From positions 1 to 37,980 of the IMG/VR virus record IMGVR_UViG_3300016474_000092: a stretch of 37,980 nt of DNA; one strand, given 5' to 3'. Position numbers and translations under genes: made by a program. The stretch is from a virus. This document shows, piece by piece, positions 1 through 7,774 of the stretch (the stretch's first letter is position 1; each line of letters begins with the position of its first letter). The notes below the pieces were generated by a model. It saw only the letters and a program-made list of their open reading frames with translations, was not told the DNA's origin and ran no database searches.

Positions 1-548
1 TCCTCAAGATGGACAAGACCGGCCACTGGGTGTTTGGCGCTGACCAGACTGAGGCCGAAGACGACAGCCGCTGGGCGGTCAACCCTTTCAGCTTTGTCCA
101 CGGCTATATCGCGTGGGGCGATGGTGAAGTGCTGGCCGAGAAGATGGCGTCGGTGACTCAGCCGCTGCCGGAACTTGAAGCCGCGCCACCAAGCTCTAAA
201 AAGGGCTGGGAGCAGCAGGTCGGCCTGATGCTGAAGTGTTTGAGCGGTGAAGATGAAGGTCTGGAGTGCCGCTACACCACGACGTCAGTGGGCGGTAAAC
301 GCGCGGTGCAGGAACTGGCGGTAGCGATCGCGGCGCAGGTCGAGAAAGACCCGACCAAGCCGGTGCCGATCGTGACGTTGGGTAAAGACCACTACCAGCA
401 CAAGAGCTATGGCCGCATCTACACGCCGGTCTTCAAGGTCGTCGAGTGGGTGAGCATGGACGGCGAAGCTGACAAGGATGCCCAAGAATCGGACGCCCCC
501 GCTGCTGAAGGTGCTGAAGGCCCGCGTCGGCGCCGCCGCGCGGCCTGA
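1..548 (+). CDS. Replication-module protein of unknown function, 3' portion. The gene begins at 37853/37856 and crosses the window junction, about 217 aa in total.
   Basis: ORF 9..548 is in frame with ATG 37853 once the duplicated 22 nt are merged. It lies between the DUF2800-type nuclease and the DNA polymerase. Acidic C-terminus ending in RRRRRAA. No family recognised. Confidence 0.6.
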   Translation, partial: LKMDKTGHWVFGADQTEAEDDSRWAVNPFSFVHGYIAWGDGEVLAEKMASVTQPLPELEAAPPSSKKGWEQQVGLMLKCLSGEDEGLECRYTTTSVGGKRAVQELAVAIAAQVEKDPTKPVPIVTLGKDHYQHKSYGRIYTPVFKVVEWVSMDGEADKDAQESDAPAAEGAEGPRRRRRAA

Positions 549-586
549 TGGTGACGCCCAGCCGGAGGTGGCGTGAAACACCGGCT

Positions 587-653
587 GCAAGCGCGAGCTA
601 CTGTGCAGTGTCTCCTCCGCTCGTGAGCTTGCTGACAGCCCGGAAAGACGGGC
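587..653 (+). other. Two predicted RNA hairpins in the 134-nt spacer upstream of the DNA polymerase gene
   Basis: GCAAGCGCGAGC (587-598) pairs with GCTCGTGAGCTTGC (619-632), leaving a GA bulge. GCCCG-GAAAGA-CGGGC lies at 638-653. Confidence 0.3.
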
Positions 654-682
654 AATCCAATCCACTACAGTAGAGTAGACGA

Positions 683-2602
683 ATGATTCTTTGGTGTGAT
701 TTCGAGACGCGCTCCGAATGCGACCTGCTCGCACGCGGGGCGTACAACTACGCGATGGGCCTGAGCACGGACGTGCTCTGCATGGCGTATGCGTTCGATG
801 ATGAGGACGTGCAGCTCTGGACGCCTGACCAGCCGTTCCCCGAGCGCGTGCGGGCGCATAAGGGTCAGGTGCGTGCGCACAACGCCGCGTTTGAGCGCCT
901 GATCTTCTGGTATGTGTTGCACGTCAACTTTGAGCTTGAGCAGTTCTATTGCACCGCAGCACAAGCCCGGTCCAACTGTGCGCCTGGCTCGCTCGAGGAC
1001 GTGGGCCGGTTTGCTGGCGCGTCGATGAAGAAAGACCATCGTGGCGCGCAATTGGTCAGGAAGTGCTGCATTCCTCCGTTCAAGCACACGCCGCAGGACA
1101 TGCAGGACTTGTTCGAGTATTGCCGTCAAGACGTCCGCGCCATGCGGGCTGTATCGAAGGCCATGCGCGACCTGAGCGCCGATGAGCTGCGCGACTACCA
1201 TGTCAACGAGCGCATCAACGACCGAGGCGTGCTGGTCGATGTTGACCTGTGTCACGCGGCGATGAGATACAGCGAGGCCGAGCGCGTGGAAATCGAGGCG
1301 CGCGTTGTGGAATTGACCGAGGGCATGGTCACGAGCGTGCGCTCGCCTAAACTGCGTCAGTGGGTGCTGGACCGGCTGGGGCCGGAGGCCCGCAAGCTCG
1401 CGCGCTCGAAAGAGCGCGATTCCATTGACAAGACCGTGCGCGCCAATCTGTTGGCGCTCGCAGAGGAAAACCCAGATGAGATACCGCCCGCTGTTGCCGA
1501 GGTCATCCAGTGCGCCGACGACCTATGGGCGTCATCGACTGCGAAGTTTGGCCGCCTCGCATCGTTGGCTGATTCAGAAGATCAGAGAGTGCGAGGTGCA
1601 TTTGTTTTTGCTGGAGGCGCGGCGACAGGTCGAGCGTCAAGCTATGGCGCACAGGTCCACAACTTCCCTCGGCGCGCCGCCAAAAAACCCGTTGATCTTA
1701 GACACGCCCTCGTTCGAGGCCACAGCGTCGTTCCGGCGTTCGGACCGCGAGTCACCGACGTCCTGAAGTCGATGCTTCGCCCGGCGTTGGTTCCCGCGCC
1801 GGGTAAGTCATTTGTCGTCGCCGACTGGAGCGCGATCGAGGGCCGGGTCAACCCGTGGCTGGCGAACAGCGCCGCTGGCGAGCAGAAGCTCGACATCTTC
1901 CGCGAGCGCTTAGATCCGTACAAGGTCAACGCCGCCGCGACCTACGGCGTGGCGTATGAGGCAGTTACCGACGATCAGCGTCAGGTCGGCAAGGTGCAGG
2001 AGCTTGCGCTTGGGTTCGGCGGCTCGACCGGCGCGTTCAGTGCGATGGGTCGCGTCTACGGCGTGCGGTTCGATGAGCCGCAGGCGCGGCGAATCGTTGA
2101 CGCCTGGCGGCGGGCGAACCCGTGGGCCGTGGCCTTCTGGCAGGAATTGGAAAACGCTTACATGAGCGCGATGCGTCACCGTGGGCATGAGTTCAGCGCG
2201 GGGCGCGTGACCTACGTTTACGACGGTCAGCACCTCTGGTACATGCTGCCGTCGGGCCGTGTGCTTTGTTATCCGTACGCGCGCTTCGAGGGCGAGCATC
2301 TGACCTACGCCAAGGCGGCGTGGAAGCCTGCGGCTGATGCGACCGAATGGCCGCGTGCGCGCCTCTGGTCTGGGCTCGCGTGCGAGAACGTGACGCAGTC
2401 AACCGCGCACGATATTTTGAGAGCGGCGCTGCGGCAGGTGCCGGATGTCGTGCTGCATGTCCACGATGAAATCGTTGTCGAGACAGATGAGCCAGACCGT
2501 GCGAAGGCTGAGCTTGAGCGTATGATGACGACCCCACCAGCGTGGGCCGAAGGATTGCCGTTGGCCGTTGAGGCCAAGGTGATGGAGCGTTACGGAAAGT
2601 GA
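683..2602 (+). CDS. Family A DNA polymerase with 3'-5' exonuclease domain
   Basis: Exonuclease motifs CDFETRS, HNAAFERLIF and YCRQDVRAM. Polymerase motif A DWSAIEGRV, motif B RQVGKVQELALGFGGSTGAF, motif C HVHDEIVVE. ATG start. Confidence 0.93.
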   Translation: MILWCDFETRSECDLLARGAYNYAMGLSTDVLCMAYAFDDEDVQLWTPDQPFPERVRAHKGQVRAHNAAFERLIFWYVLHVNFELEQFYCTAAQARSNCAPGSLEDVGRFAGASMKKDHRGAQLVRKCCIPPFKHTPQDMQDLFEYCRQDVRAMRAVSKAMRDLSADELRDYHVNERINDRGVLVDVDLCHAAMRYSEAERVEIEARVVELTEGMVTSVRSPKLRQWVLDRLGPEARKLARSKERDSIDKTVRANLLALAEENPDEIPPAVAEVIQCADDLWASSTAKFGRLASLADSEDQRVRGAFVFAGGAATGRASSYGAQVHNFPRRAAKKPVDLRHALVRGHSVVPAFGPRVTDVLKSMLRPALVPAPGKSFVVADWSAIEGRVNPWLANSAAGEQKLDIFRERLDPYKVNAAATYGVAYEAVTDDQRQVGKVQELALGFGGSTGAFSAMGRVYGVRFDEPQARRIVDAWRRANPWAVAFWQELENAYMSAMRHRGHEFSAGRVTYVYDGQHLWYMLPSGRVLCYPYARFEGEHLTYAKAAWKPAADATEWPRARLWSGLACENVTQSTAHDILRAALRQVPDVVLHVHDEIVVETDEPDRAKAELERMMTTPPAWAEGLPLAVEAKVMERYGK

Positions 2603-2610
2603 AATAAAAA

Positions 2611-2631
2611 CGCCCGCGGGCAAGGCGGGCG
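2611..2631 (+). terminator. Intercistronic hairpin after the polymerase gene (weak terminator or attenuator)
   Basis: CGCCCGC-GGGCAAG-GCGGGCG preceded by an A-run. There is no clear U-tract downstream. Confidence 0.35.
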
Positions 2632-2653
2632 CTGACTACCAAGGAGAAATGCG

Positions 2654-4981
2654 TTGAACTTCGTTGATTATCTCACATCGTTGGCCGCCGAGGGCGAAAC
2701 CGTACTATTTGTGCGACAGAAGCCGCGCAAGGGCGGCGACGGGCAGTTGCAATATCACGCCGACGGGGCGATCAAGGCGTCATGGCCCGCGTATCTGCCC
2801 GAGCGAGCGCATACGTCTGAGGGCGCGTGGTACTGCAACACTGGGTCATTCATCATCGACCGCTTCACTGACGGCAAGCCTAGCGCTGGGGCCGCCTGTT
2901 GCGAGTACGTGATCTGTCTGGTGCTGGATGACGTTGGGACCGATAAAGCGCCGAGGGCGTCGCCCGTGCCGCCGACTTGGATCATGGAAACGTCCGAGGG
3001 TTGTTACCAGTGGGGCTATGCCTTTTCGGAACAGCCGACCAAAGGCGCGTACAGCGCCGCCATCCGCGCGATCACGCAAGCCGGCTACGGCGACACGGGC
3101 GCGATCAATCCGGTCAGGAACTTTCGCTTGCCGGGTAGCGTAAACCTGAAACCCGATAAGGGCGGCTTTCGCGCGCGTCTGGTCGAGTTTCATCCCGACC
3201 GCGAGTACACGCTCCCCGCGCTCTGCTCCGCGTTGGGCGTCGAGCCGGGGCCGGACGACACCGGCGGCGTGCGCCCGATCAGGTTGAGCGATGACGGGTC
3301 GGATGACGTGCTGGCGTGGTTGTCGGCGCAGGGACTTGTCACCGAGCGCCCGAACGCCGAGGGCTGGGCGGGTGTCGTATGCCCGAACGCGAGTGAGCAT
3401 AGCGACGGCTCGCCCGAGGGCCGTTACTTGGCCGCTAATCGCGCTTATTGTTGCTATCACTCGCACTGCGATGGCTGGGACAGCGCGCGCTTCCTGTCGT
3501 GGGTGGCCGATCAGGGCGGGCCGAAGCATACGCCAGGCTTGCGCGATGAGCTGCTGGCCGCCCGAATGGCCGAGGCGATGTCAAAGCTCACGCCGACCGA
3601 GGCGTTCCCCGACGCGGCGGCTGCAGTGGTGGCCGAGGTCGAGCGCCGCGAGGCGGGACGGGTCGAGCGTGAGGGTTGGTTTGAACGGTTTGCGTACCTT
3701 CACGCCGATGACGGTTACTTTGATCTGATCGAGCGTAAACAATATTCGCGCGGTAACTTCAATGCGATCTATCGGCATATCACTTGTTGGTCGGTGCACG
3801 CCGGGGCCAACGGCAAGAAGCGCCGCGTCGAGGCGTCGATTAGCTTTGACGAAAACCGTCAAGCGATGGGCGCGCGGGTGTTGCAGGGCGTGACCTACGC
3901 GCCGGGCGAAACGGTGCTTGTCGCAAAGTCAGGCGACGTTTACGCGAACCTTTGGCGCGACGCGAGGCCAATCGTCGAGGGCGAGGCCGACGTGCGCCCG
4001 TGGCTTGATCTGGTCGAGCGCCTGCTGCCCGAGGCGTCCGAGCGCGAATACTTGTTCGATTGGATGGCCTATAAGGTCCAACACCCCGAGGTCAAGATCA
4101 ATCATGGCGTGCTGCTAGGCGGTGCGCCGGGTATCGGAAAGGATACGACCTTCGAGCCGTTTTTGTATGCGGTCGGCGGGCCGTCGCGCGAGAATGTCGC
4201 GCTGATCAAGAATGAGGAACTCAATTCTCAATGGGGCTACTCGCTGATGAGCGAGGTGCTGGTCATCAACGAACTGCGCCAGGCCGACGCGTCCGATCGG
4301 CGCGCGCTCGAGAATCGGCTAAAACCCCTGCTAGCTGCGCCCCCGGAACTGATACCGGTTAACCGCAAGGGCTTGCACCCGTTCGATGCGTTGAACCGGT
4401 TGAGTGTGGTCGCATTCTCGAATGAGCGAATGGCGATCACGCTTCCATCGGACGATCGGCGCTGGTACGTGCTCTGGTCCGACGCGCGCCCGTTGACGAA
4501 GGTCGAGGGCGCAGCGATTTGGGACTGGTTCAAGGCCGGCGGGCGGGCCGCCGTGGCCGGTTGGCTGCGCTCGAGGGACGTCAGCGCGTTTGCGCCTGGT
4601 GGCGCGCCCCCGATGACCGAGGCGAAGGCCATCATGCTATCGGCGGGCCTGTCAGCGGTCGAATCGGCGCTAGTCGAGATGATGCGCGAGCGCCGGGGCG
4701 AATTCGCGTTAGGCGCGATTAAAGCCCCCTGGCAGGCGCTCGCGGATCGCCTACAGGCCCAGATGCCAGTCGGCACCAAATGCAACGTATACGCGCTGTT
4801 TCACGCGCTCCGCGAGGCGGGCTGGATTGACCTTGGACGGGTCAAGGCGACCCCGAACGGTAGCAAGGTCCACCTCTACTGTGCGCCTGACGTGCTCGAG
4901 GGTGTAGGGGGTAATCGCGCGGAGATTAAGCGGATGCTTGACAACGCGAGCGGGTCCATCGGTTTGCGAGCGGTGAAATGA
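2654..4981 (+). CDS. Primase-polymerase (AEP-type) fused to a D5/VirE-type P-loop helicase
   Basis: TTG start with AAGGAG at 2641-2646. N-terminal LVLDDVG, ETSEGCYQWGY and RNFRLPGSVN (AEP-like motifs). Zinc motif CPNASEHSD...CCYHSHC. Walker A GGAPGIGKDT and Walker B VLVINE. Confidence 0.88.
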   Translation: MNFVDYLTSLAAEGETVLFVRQKPRKGGDGQLQYHADGAIKASWPAYLPERAHTSEGAWYCNTGSFIIDRFTDGKPSAGAACCEYVICLVLDDVGTDKAPRASPVPPTWIMETSEGCYQWGYAFSEQPTKGAYSAAIRAITQAGYGDTGAINPVRNFRLPGSVNLKPDKGGFRARLVEFHPDREYTLPALCSALGVEPGPDDTGGVRPIRLSDDGSDDVLAWLSAQGLVTERPNAEGWAGVVCPNASEHSDGSPEGRYLAANRAYCCYHSHCDGWDSARFLSWVADQGGPKHTPGLRDELLAARMAEAMSKLTPTEAFPDAAAAVVAEVERREAGRVEREGWFERFAYLHADDGYFDLIERKQYSRGNFNAIYRHITCWSVHAGANGKKRRVEASISFDENRQAMGARVLQGVTYAPGETVLVAKSGDVYANLWRDARPIVEGEADVRPWLDLVERLLPEASEREYLFDWMAYKVQHPEVKINHGVLLGGAPGIGKDTTFEPFLYAVGGPSRENVALIKNEELNSQWGYSLMSEVLVINELRQADASDRRALENRLKPLLAAPPELIPVNRKGLHPFDALNRLSVVAFSNERMAITLPSDDRRWYVLWSDARPLTKVEGAAIWDWFKAGGRAAVAGWLRSRDVSAFAPGGAPPMTEAKAIMLSAGLSAVESALVEMMRERRGEFALGAIKAPWQALADRLQAQMPVGTKCNVYALFHALREAGWIDLGRVKATPNGSKVHLYCAPDVLEGVGGNRAEIKRMLDNASGSIGLRAVK

Positions 4982-5643
4982 CGCCCCTAGTACGCGAATT
5001 GTCGCGCATGGTCCCGACGCCCGAGGAGTCGGTCTGGTTCGACCTGGGCGAGATCGAGGGCGAGATCGTGCTGGACGTGGCGCCCGAGCGATTGCTGCAT
5101 TTACCGTTTGATGATATTGCAATCGTCGGCGTGGTCGAGGGAATCCGGTTTGCCGTCCGCGCGATGGCGGGCAATGAGTCGGTCACAATCGCCGGGTTTA
5201 GGTTCACGCGCGAGGCGCGAGACGATTTCGCGCCATTGACGATTATGGCAGACCCCGAGACGGGCGGATTGCGCGTTTACACGCGCGACAATCGACGAGT
5301 AACGGACCTTGATCGGATCGCGATCGCGATCCTAGATTGCCTGTTAACGCGCCTGGACGGGTCGAAGGCGATCGAGGGATATCGGGCCGAGGTTGCGCGG
5401 ACCTTTACCGCTCGGCGCCAGATGGCGCGCGGGAAAACGCCCGCGTATGCGTGGCGAACCGTAGATGTTACCGCACGCGTGCGGGCCGATCGCGGGCCGG
5501 CGGGCGGGTCACATGCGAGCCCGCGCGCCCATGAGCGCAGAGGGCATTGGCGGACCTTGCCAGCGGGCCGGATTTGGGTTCGCCCGTGCCGGGTCGGTGA
5601 TCCGGCGAGCGGGTCCGTGTTTCACGATTATCGGGTGAAATAA
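4978..5643 (+). CDS. Hypothetical protein (221 aa), last gene of the rightward replication operon
   Basis: ATGA overlap with the primase stop. Basic C-terminus with HERRGHWRTLPAGRIWV. No family recognised. Confidence 0.65.
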   Translation: MTPLVRELSRMVPTPEESVWFDLGEIEGEIVLDVAPERLLHLPFDDIAIVGVVEGIRFAVRAMAGNESVTIAGFRFTREARDDFAPLTIMADPETGGLRVYTRDNRRVTDLDRIAIAILDCLLTRLDGSKAIEGYRAEVARTFTARRQMARGKTPAYAWRTVDVTARVRADRGPAGGSHASPRAHERRGHWRTLPAGRIWVRPCRVGDPASGSVFHDYRVK

Positions 5644-5645
5644 AA

Positions 5646-5665
5646 AAGCCGGCACATGCCGGCTT
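5646..5665. terminator. Bidirectional rho-independent terminator between convergent operons
   Basis: AAGCCGGC-ACAT-GCCGGCTT with AAAAA upstream and GGTTT downstream. Lies between the + stop at 5643 and the - stop at 5685. Confidence 0.65.
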
Positions 5666-5684
5666 GGTTTGAGGGTTGATCGGA

Positions 5685-5747
5685 CTACAAGCGTAGGACG
5701 ATCGCAAGGATCGCGGCCGCGAGGGCAACCAAGGCGGCCGCGATCAC
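5685..5747 (-). CDS. Possible 20-aa hydrophobic peptide (MIAAALVALAAAILAIVLRL)
   Basis: The GTG start overlaps the TGA of the upstream gene (GTGA). The peptide is entirely hydrophobic. It is below the ORF-track cut-off. Confidence 0.3.
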   Translation of the reverse strand: MIAAALVALAAAILAIVLRL

Positions 5748-6001
5748 TGTTCCGGCCCGAAAATGGTTTCGATCAGGGCAATGCGATCCGCAAACGGCAT
5801 AGCGTCGAATTCGTCGCGCGTCATGGTGCCGAGCGGATCGACGTGATCGGTCCAGAGATCAAAGGATTGCGCGATTTGCGCGTACGAAAGTTTCGATCCG
5901 GCGGCATAAGTCTGTTCCGCTAGCGCCTGGGCGCGCTCGGCAGCGGCGCATGCGCGGTCGAATTCCGGCGTCCCGTCAATTCTCCAGTGTCGTGATCCCA
6001 T
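5744..6001 (-). CDS. Hypothetical protein (85 aa from ATG 6001; TTG 6013 is an alternative start)
   Basis: ORF-track entry 5744..6013. The internal ATG lies 1 nt after the TAA of the upstream peptide ORF (TAAAATG). Confidence 0.6.
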   Translation of the reverse strand: MGSRHWRIDGTPEFDRACAAAERAQALAEQTYAAGSKLSYAQIAQSFDLWTDHVDPLGTMTRDEFDAMPFADRIALIETIFGPEQ

Positions 6002-6002
6002 T

Positions 6003-6131
6003 TTATTTTCCAATCGTAAAAAGAGCGGCCACGAGGCCAGGCACTAGCGCGACGGCCGCGAGGCGATCGGGGAGCGCGAGCGCGGCACCGATCCCGGCGG
6101 CCATGAGGGTGAGGGCAAGAAGGGCGCGCAT
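6003..6131 (-). CDS. 42-aa membrane peptide (MRALLALTLMAAGIGAALALPDRLAAVALVPGLVAALFTIGK)
   Basis: Hand-translated. ATG lies 1 nt after the TGA of the upstream ORF (TGACATG). Two hydrophobic segments. Below the ORF-track cut-off. Confidence 0.5.
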   Translation of the reverse strand: MRALLALTLMAAGIGAALALPDRLAAVALVPGLVAALFTIGK

Positions 6132-6132
6132 G

Positions 6133-6285
6133 TCAGACTCCCATCAAAAGCTTTTTAAGAAAGGGCACAGCAAGCCCCGTGAGATTGGACAATTCGCGCA
6201 ATGTCATATTCGGGTTGTTGTCGTAAAGTCGCTTGATGTCATCAAGGGTTAGACCGTTGACGGATTTTTTGAGCGTGTAGGCCAT
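6133..6285 (-). CDS. 50-aa protein, possibly a small helix-turn-helix regulator (MAYTLKKSVNGLTLDDIKRLYDNNPNMTLRELSNLTGLAVPFLKKLLMGV)
   Basis: Hand-translated. GGAG lies 7 nt upstream of the ATG. The MTLRELSNLTGLAVPFLKKL segment looks like an HTH. Below the ORF-track cut-off. Confidence 0.5.
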   Translation of the reverse strand: MAYTLKKSVNGLTLDDIKRLYDNNPNMTLRELSNLTGLAVPFLKKLLMGV

Positions 6286-6299
6286 GGTGAGATCTCCGA

Positions 6300-6542
6300 T
6301 TAAGCTTGTGGGGCGCGCTCAAGTAGCGCGATCGTGCGAAGATCAGTAATCTCAATCCATCCACCGGGCCGATACCATCGGCCCGCGCACTCATGTGCTA
6401 ATTGCGTGCCGTAAAATCGCGCGCGCTCCGATAGCGTGGTGCCGGGACGATCGTTTAGGTGCTGGGGCTGAACCGAATAAACCGCGCGGTTTCCCGTTTC
6501 AGGGAATGTCACGATAAAGGTCGAATCTGATAATACGGGCAT
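6300..6542 (-). CDS. Hypothetical protein (80 aa)
   Basis: ATG lies 3 nt after the upstream TAA. The ORF fits the operon without overlapping its neighbours. Confidence 0.6.
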   Translation of the reverse strand: MPVLSDSTFIVTFPETGNRAVYSVQPQHLNDRPGTTLSERARFYGTQLAHECAGRWYRPGGWIEITDLRTIALLERAPQA

Positions 6543-6545
6543 GGT

Positions 6546-7277
6546 TTAGGCCCCTACAAAATGGCGCGCCATCGCGCCGTGAACAACGATAGAAACCGAA
6601 GCACGCGCCGCGTTATCGCCCGCGCCGTCGCATGCTTGGCAATCGATACATTGGCGCCGATTGCCACCCTCGGGCGATGCGGGGCAGGCGATCTCGCGCG
6701 CCGCTAAAGGTTGATCGGCCGTGCGCACGGTAAACGTGCGCCAGCCCATAGCGCGTGCAATGTCACGATCGCGTGCGCTATCGGCGCTCGCCATGACGAT
6801 ATCGCGCAGCTCTTGCGCAATCGCACGGCGCCACTGGTGCGAATAGCCGGTATGTCCGGCCGCGTGCGCGATGAGATCGATCCAATGAGCGGCCGGTATC
6901 GCGGCCGGATCGCCGTATGACCCGATGCGCACCACGCGATCGGCGAGCATACGCGCGCCGTCAATCGGGCTGACCAGCGGGTAAGCGCCGCGCGTCCAAG
7001 CGCCGAATATCGACGCGACGGATTGTCCGACGTTGACATAGCACGTGCGCTTGCGGCCGATCGCCGAATCGCCGCGATGCATGCAATCGCCGCAGATTGA
7101 CGCGTCTTCGCCGCTCGCAATCGCGTCTAGCGGGTGTTGATCGGCGCGCAATATATAGGTTTGCACCATGTCGCCAGTTTTGCTGTTATCGCTGCGCAGG
7201 ATTGCAATCCCGACAATTGGCGCGCCGTCAAGCATTGACGGGCCGTCATAGAAAACGAATCCGGTAGGTTTACTCAT
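6546..7277 (-). CDS. Conserved-looking Cys-rich protein of unknown function (243 aa)
   Basis: Motifs ICGDCMHRG, RTCYVNVGQ, GYSHQW and CPASPEGGNRRQCIDCQACDG. Strong GGAG ribosome-binding site. Confidence 0.7.
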   Translation of the reverse strand: MSKPTGFVFYDGPSMLDGAPIVGIAILRSDNSKTGDMVQTYILRADQHPLDAIASGEDASICGDCMHRGDSAIGRKRTCYVNVGQSVASIFGAWTRGAYPLVSPIDGARMLADRVVRIGSYGDPAAIPAAHWIDLIAHAAGHTGYSHQWRRAIAQELRDIVMASADSARDRDIARAMGWRTFTVRTADQPLAAREIACPASPEGGNRRQCIDCQACDGAGDNAARASVSIVVHGAMARHFVGA

Positions 7278-7300
7278 GTCAGTGTCTCCAGGGTGAGAAT

Positions 7301-7318
7301 GCGCGCCCGTAGGCGCGC
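7301..7318 (-). other. Intercistronic hairpin with a UACG tetraloop on the minus-strand RNA
   Basis: The minus-strand RNA reads GCGCGCC-UACG-GGCGCGC. It lies between the stop at 7329 and the start at 7277. Confidence 0.35.
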
Positions 7319-7328
7319 GGTTGGATGA

Positions 7329-7559
7329 TTAAATTTCAAGGTACTCATATCGGCCGGCGTCGTACTCGCGCAGCACAGCGTGCCCGATGTTGTGATCACA
7401 TTCGCAAGCCATAAGCGTGACAACACCGACAATCCCACGGGCGTCGTCCTCGAACATGACGCGCACGTCGGCGATTGGATCGTCGGGTAGCTGCGGTGCG
7501 TCGATGATCAGCACCTGCGGTGTGCCGTAGTTGCGGCCCGTCGTGTAGTGGTATTGCAT
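7329..7559 (-). CDS. Hypothetical protein (76 aa), first gene of the leftward operon
   Basis: ATG at 7559 is preceded by the same CCTGGAGACACTGAC cassette seen in front of the 7277 start. The ORF-track start at 7613 has no ribosome-binding site. Confidence 0.6.
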   Translation of the reverse strand: MQYHYTTGRNYGTPQVLIIDAPQLPDDPIADVRVMFEDDARGIVGVVTLMACECDHNIGHAVLREYDAGRYEYLEI

Positions 7560-7617
7560 GTCAGTGTCTCCAGGTTGATGCGATCGGCGATCGCATAAAC
7601 GACACTCTGCCACATAA

Positions 7618-7623
7618 TTTATA
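7618..7623 (-). promoter_or_regulatory. Candidate -10 element (TATAAA) of a leftward promoter
   Basis: The minus strand reads ATGGGTCATGTAAAAAGAGGGTTGCAATGCTATAAATTATG. An iteron overlaps the -35 position. A 15-bp palindrome at 7580-7594 lies in the predicted leader. Confidence 0.3.
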
Positions 7624-7774
7624 GCATTGCAACCCTCTTTTTACATGACCCATCAGCGTTTGCGACAAGTCTTATGGCAGATGCCCCTATTGTCATCATG
7701 GGGACCCCAGCGGGGTTATGCCATGGGTTATTGACGTGCGCCTGGTTTCATAGGGCAATGGGTCATATGGGTCA

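Noticed and set aside
672-682. The shared octamer GAGTAGAC directly upstream of both the DNA polymerase start (683) and the scaffold start (16164).
   Set aside because: It is only 8 nt long and was found post hoc among about 70 start regions. It could be chance, so it is not strong enough to report as a motif.
665-1255. Long antisense or alternative-frame ORFs throughout the window, for example 665-1255(-), 2846-3529(-), 11043-11912(-), 12453-13052(-), 15529-16095(-), 17957-18958(-), 31215-31781(-) and 36759-37496(-).
   Set aside because: They lie entirely inside genes that carry clear family motifs on the other strand or frame. They are Arg/Ala/Gly-rich, as expected for shadow ORFs in GC-rich DNA. 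They lack ribosome-binding sites and operon logic.
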